This document shows positions 1 through 15,285 of a stretch of 64,000 bases of DNA, piece after piece. The translations under genes and the position numbers were made by a program. The notes under the pieces were generated by a model. That model did no database searches and was not told where the DNA came from. It was given only the letters and a program-made list of their open reading frames with translations. This DNA comes from Phallusia mammillata (lineage: Eukaryota): the NCBI GenBank assembly GCA_965637545.1, contig OZ281499.1:20832001-20896000 (forward strand). The letters run 5' to 3'. Position 1 is the first letter of the stretch. Each line of letters opens with the position of its first letter.

Positions 1-2306
1 TAAACGTTTTTATACGTGTAGAATGCTTTCTGATGATGTCAAGCTATGTATCTGCGATACCCCGGTCCAAAACTCTGGTAAGCTTTATTTCTGTAGGCAT
101 AAAATTATTTTTTGTTACTTATTTTGCAGTGTATGTTTTCATAATAGAAAACCGTGTTGGCGTGAGCCACATGATTGACTTGATTGCAACTATACTGCGT
201 GCACTCAAAAAAAGTTCACGCGTTTCCAGAAATAGGACTTCTTGGGCAACGCCAGCGCGGTACCAGGGGCGCAAATTTCTGACCTTCTAAGGGCCAATTT
301 CCGTTTCCTATAAAATGTGATAAAGTTGCAAGTTGCACGCTGTATGGATTGCCAACAGAAAGCAGGATGTCATGTTCTAGGCTTGTCGATGTTAAACAAA
401 CTAGAACTAAGCATTTCAAAAATGGATGATTGGTGTATATTGTATCGTAACTCTTGCAACTTTTATCCGCATGTATTCACTTGGGGTGCAAAAAAGAAAC
501 CTATGACGCAAGAAGCTGGGGAGAGGTATATTAACGCATCGCCTTCGCTACGTCACCCCAGATGTTTTATGTTCAGGTTTGGTATTAGTTGTATTAAGAC
601 TGAAGCATAGACTAACAGTTTGCTACGCCTTTATTAAAGCCCTGTGTTTGTATAATCTTAGATGTGTTGTTAATATTAAAAATTGTTTTCATATTATGTA
701 TGTGATCAGACAGTCTGCCATTTTTGCCCTGTGTGTTATATCGTAACTCATTTAATAAAATTAGATGGTGGTGTGTAAATGGTTGTATTTAGAGGTATTG
801 TCCTGCTAAAATAGTTTTGTTACGTTTTTATTTTGGCACAATCCCATAACGTCGTAACGCATTTCTAAGTTGTTTCGCTGTAACAAATTGTCGACGAGGC
901 ATGACCCTACACGGCTAAGAAGCAGGTAGTTGGAGTTGAGCGGTGGTTGTGTCGCGACTGTATATCTGCACTGCTTGCCCCTATCAACGTTTTTAATGCA
1001 AGTTAATTTGGGTACTGACAGCTAGTTATTGCAGCAGAACCGAAAAAAGGCGTTACAACTTTAATACAAACTGAAATTAGTACATAAAGATCCATAAGCG
1101 TAACAATTCACGTTTGACGAAGTATAATTTGAAATCTTGACTTTATCTTTGTTGATATAAAATTGCATTTTCTTATTTATGAAATTGTATTTTCATATTT
1201 ATGAAATTGTATTTTCTTATATTTTCTTACTATGTTGTTGTGTATCATTAACGTTCCAACCACTGTAAGCATTATCGTTGTGGGGTTCCAACATGTAAAG
1301 GGGGGTTCCAGCGTCGACAGACATTTCTAACTGCTGCAATTTTTTTTTGCAAACCATCTTTTGCTTTACGACGTGATGACGAAATGCATTTGTGTATGAA
1401 AACGCCAACTTCACTGAATCTTTTTTGCCATTGAAAGTAGCCCGACCCATCGCACCAGAATTGAAAATAGTTTCTTTAGACCACATTTTATATTTGCTAA
1501 AAGAAATAAACGTTTCATGGTGAAAATAACGGCCCAAATAGACATAAAAAGCGACATTCTTTGTAGTTCAAACATTTCTCATGCCATGTCGCCTTTGACG
1601 TCTATTTGGGCCGTTATTTTCACCATGAGACTTATGAACAGATTCGTATACAGTGTTCCAAATAAACGTTTCCTTATTAAAAGAGAAAACGCACGAAAAA
1701 AACGTCAGTGTGTCGAAATCTTTAAAAGTAGAGAACTTCTGCTTTACATGGGTTTGGTTTCAAACTGCAGTTAAGCAGGCAATCGAGGTTTTGTTAAACA
1801 CGCGATAAAATACAAAACCTCGGGACGGTGAAGATAGTCTGGTTCGGAGGTCTAATGGGTTTACGTGCTGGTTTGAATTAATGCTATTTTCCTCTTTTTA
1901 AATCAGACTTAGACGATATGGGTTAAGGTTGGAACGCCAGTTAATTTTGTTCAGTGATTTATAACATAATTTCGATATGTAATCCTTTATACAAAACACA
2001 CGCAAGTTTTACCATTAAATGAATGGATTTTTTTATTGCAGCAGTTAGTGTTAATGTATGAGTAGTGTTTCCAACATAAATAAACGCTTTTACACCTTCG
2101 TTGTGTTGCGTAAAAAGTGTTATTGCAAGTGTTGGCATTTACGGCAATACAAAGAGCCTCTGCTGAGCTGCAAAACTGACTGCTTTGAAAAACAAAACAG
2201 TACGGCTAGAACATGTAGAACATTGTCGTGTTTTGTGGTAAATTAAGTTTACTTATTGTTGTTTGCAGTTTTTATGTTTGTAACGCGGTGAATTTAAAAC
2301 GGAATT

Positions 2307-6349
<4,043 letters not shown>

Positions 6350-7468
6350 TAAAATATTACAAAGTCCGAACACGATTTGTCAATACAGTTGGACTTGGTT
6401 ACTGCACAATTTAACTTCCTCGCAAGGTTTGAGCTAGCGAGTCAAAAACGAACTATTTTGGTAAACAACTATTGCAAACTTTGCACAAATTATGTCGCAA
6501 TCGCTACAATTTTTTATCGGTGTAGTTTGATTTGGGGAATTACCAGGTTGCGGTTGACTGGTTTTGTCAATATCGCAAAGTAAGGATCGACCAACATGAA
6601 CAACTGGACTAGGGTTACCATATCTGCTTAAGCACAATTGCGAACGATTTGAATAAATATCTTAGGCGACACCAAACAAGTGTTATATCGCATGTTCTAA
6701 CATGTTATCAACCCAAACAGTCCATTTCTGACAGTGTTATTTACTAACGAAGAAACAAAGTGCAGTTTTGTTTCTTCATAAGTTACAAAACAGAAAGTTT
6801 CACAGAATCCGGTCCTTTTAACAGTGTTAATAAAAAAAAGGCAAAAAAATAGCCTTAATTTCACCAACAAGCCCATAATTCATGTTGATAAGTTGTTTTG
6901 CATAAATGTAGGTAGATTATGCATCACGAACAGCACAGACAACAGTTAAACGTAAATCTTTTGGTAGCTTAGGAAACGAATTGTGAACTACTGTGGGATA
7001 GGCTAAAAGACGCTAAATTTCCGGACGTTAAAAGTGTTTTTGAAAATTAATTTAAGACACGGATTTTACGCCAAAGTTTCGGACAATTTCGGGAAATTCC
7101 AGACGTCTGGTACCCGTAAACTAGGACCTTGGTTTTACTTTTACTTCATAAGCAAATTCCTCATTTCCGATGTCTAAAAGTGTATTTAATTTGTGACGCC
7201 AGTTTAGACTTCAGACAGATATAGTAGTCTTAATAGGCCAACTAGAAACGTTACACACATCATGTTGTTTGCATCATTACGTTCCACCCACTGTGAGCAT
7301 TATCATTGAGGGGTTCCAGCATACAAAGATATTAACAAAAAAATTGGTGTCGACAGACATTTCTAACGGTTGCATTTTTTGTAAATCATCTAGAAAGGAA
7401 TCGAGGTTTTGTCAAACACGCCATAAAATATAAAACCTTGGGACGGCGAACATGAAGAAAGTCTGGCC

Positions 7469-7582
7469 CGGAGGTCTAATAGGTTCACGGAGGTCTAATA
7501 GGTTCCCGAAGGTCCAATAGGTTCACGGAGGTCTAATAGGTTTACGGAGGTCTAATAGGTTCACGAAGGTCTAATAGGTTTA
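7469..7582 (+). repeat. Tandem array, 6 x 19 bp (CGGAGGTCTAATAGGTTCA), upstream of CES2
   Basis: Units start at 7469, 7488, 7507, 7526, 7545 and 7564. One homologous unit lies at about 1844-1862, upstream of CES1. Confidence 0.95.
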
Positions 7583-8685
7583 ATGCTATGTTCCTCTTTT
7601 TACATCAGGCATATGTAGCGATTACGTCATAATTTGTGCAAACCTTGCAATAGTTATTTACCAAATTAGCTGGTTTTACTTGCTAAAATGCTCGAGTTGA
7701 TAATATTCCCTGTTACAGTTAAAGTAGGAGGTTGTTCGACCTTGCTATCTGGTGTTTACCCGCTTTAATCGTATGTTTTGGTATTGTGCGGTAAATTTGG
7801 CGCTGTTTAGTGTGTGAGAAAATGTGCAAGCGCCAACGGCAGAAGCATAGTTGTACAGTTTAATGTCACGTGTTATGAATTTATAAAACGTACCGCTGAT
7901 GTAATGGCTCATAGCAGTTTTAGTCCTACCGCAGTTAACTCTTTGGCTTACTGTTCAATTATTTGCATTGAAGTAATAAACAAACGAACTGAAGTGCAAG
8001 ACACGTGTGTGGAGTTCCCAGGACTCGGTCCTGACAAGCCCAGGAGCTTGGGAGATTAAGGACGGTGGTATACCTCTTTAATTTGTAGTGACACGGTTAT
8101 ACCTTTGAGACTCATCAACGAACATTAACATAAACATTCGATCACTACACATAGACGATGTAAAGACGCCAGTTAAATTTTTGTAGTGGTTTGTGACATA
8201 ATTTTGATATGTACTCCTCTATACAAAACACACGATGCAAGTAAGTTTAACCACTACATGAATGCAAGTTGTTGTGCCTAATATGCTTGCGGGCAAGTCA
8301 AGTTGAATATATATTAGGTGTTTCAAAATGAGAGCTTGTCAAAATGGTAAGTTTTTCACGAAGAAAATAGACACTCAAACGGTTTTTGATTGTAGGATTT
8401 GGAATTAATATATGATAAGTGTTTCCAACAAAAATAAACGCTTTCACACCTTCGTTGTGTTGCGTAAAATAATTCACAGGGAGAGTAATCGACACACGAT
8501 TAAAAGTGGTATTGCATGTGTTGGCGTTTAGGGCAAAGCAAAGAGCCTCCGCTAAACTGCAAAACTGACTACTTTGAAAAACAAAACAATATGGCTGAAG
8601 TAGAGCATTCTCGTATTTTGTGGTAAATTTATTATTATCGTTTGCAGCTTTTATGTTTGTAGCGCTGTGAATCTTAAACGAAATG

Positions 8686-11600
8686 ATGTCAGATTGTCCA
8701 ATTGTGTCGACACCACTGGGGAAAGTGAGTGGATTTGCATTGGCCAAAGCGAAGTGTCCAGAAGCTCAACAAGTTTACGGATACTTGGGAATCCCGTTTG
8801 CTAAACCCCCCGTTGGCAATCTAAGGTTTAAACCACCGCAAAGGTATGTTTATATTTGTTTTTGATTCTGCACTTGAATTGTTATGTAAGACGAGCCCGC
8901 AAAGGTAACATTCCATGGAATTTGTACACAATTTGATATCAATTTGATATTTGATATCAAATATCCTAATATTAGGATTGCTAGACGAAATTACGAAGGC
9001 ACATTTTTGGGGTGTTGAGCTCAGTCATGTACTGTATATTTCCAAGGCTTGTCCTAAATGATTTATTGAATAAAAAAAATATAGTTTTTGGTCGCTGAGT
9101 ATTGTGTTTGATTCTTCATCAAAAATTGTTTTCTTGACATATTAACTTCATTTGGCCAAATGACAAATCTGCAATCTGTGTTAATTTTAAACATTCTTGT
9201 TCTTGTTTCCAATCACGCCTTTCACTTTAAAGTGCCGATGCATGGAAGGGAACAAGAAATGGAAAAAAAAAATATCCACCTGGCCCGATGCAAAGTACAA
9301 GAACCGTAGAAATAATTGCGAAATACGTCGCTAATTATCGAGTAGCAGATGAAAATCCGCGCTATGTTGACGAAGATTGTCTTTACTTGAACGTTTTCAC
9401 TCCAAAACTGAGCAACAAGGCAAACCTACCAGTAAGTATTTTTGGGATTTAAACTAAAAATTGTCATGCCAAAGTTTGGTTACATTAATCAAAGTCTGAA
9501 AACCTACAAAGTCCAACTGCAATAAATCATCGCAGGTGATGATTTGGTTTTACGACGGTGGGTTTTCTGCTGGCAGCAGTGTCGGGTATCATGGCCAGAC
9601 CATATGTGGTTTGCAAAACGTCGTTCTGGTGGTTCCTCAATACAGACTGAATGCTTTTGGATTCATAAGCTTTGGAAAGAACAGTTCATGCCCAGGAAAT
9701 ATGGGTTTGCTTGATCTAAAAATGGCAATGGAGTAAGTGAAATATCTGCTAATATTATGTTTCGGGTATTGTCATAAGGAGGTTCATTTGTGTTCACACC
9801 AAAGCAACCGTAGTTAAGTTGTATGCTGAATAGAAAAAAGTTTTTTACTCGGGTTGCATTAGTTTCGTTCGTGTGGTTCACATACATTTATTTATCTTAT
9901 TACATAAAGAAATACCGTACGAGAAAAGTACGAAATTTGGCTTTTGATGCTTCATTGCCTATGCTCTAATAGTTAAACGGACCAATCAGAAAATATGAAG
10001 CGAACGGAACAAAACACGACATTAACATTTACAGGTGGACCAGGGACAACATTCTCGCATTCGGGGGAGACCCCAATAACGTCACTCTATTCGGGCGAGG
10101 GATTTCGGTCAGCAGTCACGTGATATCTCCCATGTCACGTGGTTTGTTTCATCGCGCCATCAGTTGCAGTGGAGTCGCCAATTGCAACTGTAAATATGAT
10201 TGTTTTTTAAACCAGAGTTCAGCAAACTTTTTTTTTGCTCTGGACCAGTTTAAGTCATGCATTACTACATACCAGTCATTAATCAAATTATGAACGTTTA
10301 GTGCATGGGATTCTATTGAACAATCACAGTGACGATTTTTTAAGAAACGCAATTTTAGTAACGTTTCGCCAACACGAACGGCGTGCGTTCTGCACAACAA
10401 ACCAGTTTTTTGACAGATTTACATCGATTCTTTTTCCCATTTCCTGTATGAGCAGCTTTAAGTAAGTGTTTTTCACCTCATAGTGGTAACAAAAGAAAAC
10501 AATGATGTAAGCACCGGGTTCTTGCTCACGGAACTTGGAATCGTGGACAAAGATCCCGAAGTAATTCTTGCAAAATTAAGATCTATGTCGGCTAAAAAAC
10601 TTATGGAAGCTCAAGAAAAATCCGCCGACTATCAAGAAAACCCGGTAAGATACCTGGTTGGTTTGTTAAGTACAAATGTCAATTAGATTAGACAGAAGAC
10701 AGAATTGCAGTAGTTTAAAGGGATTTGAGATTGGATTATAAAGCTTTGTTTGATTGAGCTGCATTTTAAACAGACGAAAGCGACCTTTTGAAACGTTAGT
10801 ACACAAAATAGGCGGGTGTATTTCTTGAAAGCAACAATTTATTAATAATGTTTCATTAATTATGCATGGTGAAGGAAAACAAAGCCTCATTTGGATTACA
10901 TTCTGTAACAAGCCGGAAATATATCCTAGTCTAGCGTAGCGTAAACACATACACATTGCTCATCAAGGTCGCGCTGCAGCTATATCATTACTGCTGAGGT
11001 TAACATAGTGGCCATGGACCGCTTTGTTTATTTTCAGCTGCAGAAACTTGACGACTTTGTAACAGTTGTTGATGGGAAATTTCTTCCCAAGCATCCGAGA
11101 GATTTGATAACCGATGGTGATTTCGCACCAGTTCCATTTATTATCGGGTGCAACAATACTGAATTTTGCGGGGTTTTGGCCGACCGGTTTCCCGAAGGAT
11201 TTGTTACTGGTGAATTGAGCGAGAAACAAGCAATATAGTTAATAAAGAACGTGTGGCAAGTGGCTAATAACATTCCAGTAAGTTAAATTCGTATTTGGAA
11301 CTTGTAGTTATTGATGTTGTAGTTAAGGTAGGACTTAATTGCAGACTCCAAACCAAATTTGTGTGCATTTGATAACAGAAAATATACAAGCAGTAATTAT
11401 CTTTTAGGCTGCACTACACAGAATATCAAATAGTTTTTTCTTTCTCTTTTAAGTCGAGTAAAATGGATGAAGGTGTCGCATTGGTTAAGAAGGAAGATGA
11501 AGTGTATTTCTCCGGGTGACAGATACAAATGGAGAAAACTTTCAACTAATGTTATGTTAGATACAATCTTTTTATTGCCTGGTGTGGAACAAGCACTTGC

Positions 11601-12477
11601 TCATTCAGGTAAAACCTCCTTAAAATGACGAAATATGCTAAATAGTGGTACTTTTTAGTCTATTTATACTTGCACTTCCCTGGGGTTTCCGAATAATTAA
11701 GAGATTTGCTATATTGAAAACTTAATGTTTTACAAGAACTTGAAGATAGTCCACCTAATTCACACAACGTCACCACACATGTCAAAATAGTTCGGCATTT
11801 GGTGACAATATTTCCACGTTGCTTGTTTAGTGTCCTAGTAACTTTTGCTTTGTCGATAAAACAAGACTTAACTTTGACATTCACATGAACACAGACGCTG
11901 GTAATCCAACCTACATGTACTACATGACTCAGCAACTACGAATTCACCATGACGAAGCATTTAGCAAGGATATGACAAAGAAACCGGAATTTTGTGAAGC
12001 TGATCATCTTGATGACGAAGTATTTACTTTTGGTGTTCCGTTTGGCAACGGACCGGTGGCGAAAGAGATGAAGTTTACTGAAGACGAAAAAAATCTCTCA
12101 AAGCAGTGGATTTCGCTTATTTGCAACTTCGCCAAAACTGGGTGAGCAAGTTAAGAAATTTTAATGCAACAATTTGAGTACAAGCATATTTTACCTTAAG
12201 TGCTTTACTAGTAGGTAATTTTTATGACAACTTGCGCTTGTTATTTCAACAATTTGTATGTCTATCAAGGATTTAGGTTTGTTTGTTTGATTAATTTTTG
12301 TTATCCAACTGCAGGAACCCCAACACACCAATGAGCCTGACAAATTGGCCTGGTTTTAATAACAACAACCAGCGGCACCTGGTGATCAGAATGCCGCTTG
12401 AGGAGGGCGTAGATTTGATGGGTGCAAGATTCGAGTTCTGGCAGAAGCTACGCGCAAAGATGACAACCACTCAATAA
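8686..12477 (+). pseudogene. Carboxylesterase copy 2 (CES2), pseudogene
   Basis: Same 9-exon layout as CES1. Lesions: oxyanion G>D (9554-9556), 9-bp deletion at the elbow (FGRGISV, 10090-10110), premature TAG at 11236-11238, 2-nt frameshift near 11495. Confidence 0.9.
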
Positions 12478-14557
12478 TAATCTTAACTGTCATAATATAT
12501 GATAATTTGATATATGATATATATGTAATAATTTGAAACAATTTTTCTGTAACAATATATTCACGAACGAATCGCATTATGGCTATCGGTTGAGCAGTTT
12601 CTTTCAGAAATGTTATTTACATAAGAGGCGTATGGCTGTGTTTGAAAGCTGCAGATATGTCACACTTTCTCTATTTAAAAATTATTTATGAAAAGGCAAG
12701 TCGCAGTCATTAAAACAATATGTTTTAAAAACGAACGTCCTCTGGCAACGTTTTTCCAAAAACCGTAATTATACTTTTTGTCGGTGTAGTTTCATTTGGG
12801 GGATTACCAGGTTGTGGATGACTGATTATGTCAATATCGCAAAGTAAGAATCGACCAACATGAACAACTAGCCCAGGGTTACCATATCTGCTTAAGCAAA
12901 GTTCAGAACAGTTTCAAGAAATATCTTAGGAGACCAAACATGTGTTATATCCCATGTTGTTACATGTTACCAACCCAAACAGTTCTATTTTTGACAAAGT
13001 GTTATTTACTAACGCAGAGACAAAAGTGCAGTTTTGTTTCTTAATAAGTTACAAAACAGAAAGTTTCACAGAAACCGGTCCTTTTAACAGAGTATTAATA
13101 GCTTTCTCGAAGAAAAAATAGCCTGTATTTCACCAACAAGCCTATAATTCATGTTGGTAGGTTGTTTTGCATAAATGTAGGTAGATTATGCATCAAAAAC
13201 AGTACAGACAACAGTCTACGCTTAGGAAACGAATTGTGAGAACTACTGTGGGTTAGGCTACAAGACGTTAAATATCCGAAAGTTTTTTTTTTAATTAATT
13301 CCGGACACAGATTTAACTCCGAAGTTTCGTACATGTTCGGGAAATTCCGGACGTCAGACAAGTGTATATTCCAGAATCATCTAAGTCATTTTTATCAACA
13401 CATGCTTTGCCAATCAGATCCAAAATGACATAAAGTGATTAATTTCACACGTGTTCAGTAAAAGGTCGTAACAACTGACTTCACATACTTTCAGTCAACA
13501 GCTTCCTTTAATTATTGAACATTTGTACCATTGAACATTTGTACCATAGAATACGCAACACCTGCGGTCAAGTAATAGTTACAAATTGCGTTACTTGTTG
13601 ATCAAGCCACTTTTAGACAAATTCAACCATAACCAAAACCGTGTTCTTAATCATCAAGGCATCTACGTTACAAATTTTAAATGTAAATTCAAATAAACAA
13701 AACTTTAAACTGAACAAGGTCTTTTGTGTTACGGACAAACTGCCTACATACACAAGTCGAAATGTACACTGGCAAAATATCTTAAATATGACATTTACCA
13801 GAGTAAACAGCAGATGAGACAAGTTCCAAGCAGCAATACGGGAAGTGTTTTACAATCTATTCACAACAAACTTGCCGAACGCTTGACTAACCAAGCGTAG
13901 CGAGACACAGGTATTGAAAATGAATAACAAATTAAATGGGAAATACAAGAGTTACCCCACGTTTATACGACAATTAACTTCTACAGTTTCGCTTTAACAC
14001 CGAACTACATAGTCATACACGACCAACCGACCCGAGTGGATGTGATTGCGTTACAATGGAACCGGGCACTATGGCAACCGACGAGTGGTTCAACAATTAA
14101 CGACACAAAACGCCAATCAGTGGTAAGTTTCAAAGAAAAAATGATTCAGGCCAGTACAACGAATTTCAATGTAAGTTTTTAGAACTGTGAATTTTGCTGA
14201 AGTTGAGCTTAACGTTTACGAACTTTCAAAACAAATATAGCAAACAATTTAATTTCATGTACCTAATCGGTATTACGACAACATGTTTTCATAGATTACT
14301 GCGCGGTTATCGCAATATCTTGTTTTGAAACATGCGATAACGGCACATGCTCGAGTTAATATATAAGCTATTGTTGCCAGTCATAATTTTAAGTTTGTAG
14401 AGCAGAATAAAATTACATTTGCCAGAAGAGCTCTACAAACTTGATGCTTGAGTTAAATTGCCTACTTTAATGCAAAATATAAGTTGTTGTCAAACATATA
14501 CGTCTTAAGCCCCCATCCTAAAGCCAAACAAAAATACCGAAGCCACAAACTCTAAAC

Positions 14558-15285
14558 CAGTGATTCTAAACCTTTTTACAACGGCCGAACCCCTACGATA
14601 TTCTTCACCCTTTGGTCGAACCCCAAAGTTACATCCGGTTTTTAACCCATTTTATTTGGTGGGTCATAATTAGTTTTTGTTCAAACTTAGTGGCAACTGT
14701 TAGTGTTTGTCATTTTGTTAAATTCTGACATAATAATACAAGCAACTTGTTTCATGACTGCTTTAAATCCGGCAATTTTGGCTTTTACCAAAATAAGCAT
14801 TGTATTTTTAGCATCTGTACACAAACATGAAAAAGATGAAGTAATAAGTTTTTGCTGCCAACAAAATTTCGTTGCTTTTCTGCTTACGAACAACGCGAAC
14901 AATGCTCTTTGTTACGTCAAAAAAAGAAAATAAAACCTTAGCGCAGGGGTCCCCAACCAATTTGCTAGGACGGCCGCATCGCAGATTCCCCAACGGCCGC
15001 CATTTACCTGCTTATTTTTGTTTCAAAATTCTGGGTTTATGTCATGTATTTACCATCTAATAGCGCCCAAACAGCCCAGATAAATTTCTAGTTTAGTGCA
15101 CAGATTGAGTTGCAACACCCCTGACTCAGTTTAACCTTCCAGTGTTGCCATTTGTAGCGACTATAGACCCTAAAGTTTGACAAAAACGAGTATTTGTGTT
15201 GTACTTTAAAAAGACCTTCTTCGAACCTCTGATTCGGCGTTGCCGAACCCCTGGGTTTCGATCGAACCCCGGTTAAGAACCACTG
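14558..15285. mobile_element. Non-autonomous hAT element (728 bp) in BCO-A intron 6
   Basis: TIR CAGTGATTCTAAACC / GGTTAAGAACCACTG. Perfect 8-bp TSD CTCTAAAC (14550-14557, 15286-15293). Confidence 0.85.

Noticed and set aside
7469-7582. CRISPR-like interpretation of the 19-bp and 93-bp arrays
   Set aside because: The units are head-to-tail with no unique spacers, there are no cas genes, and the context is a spliced eukaryotic locus.
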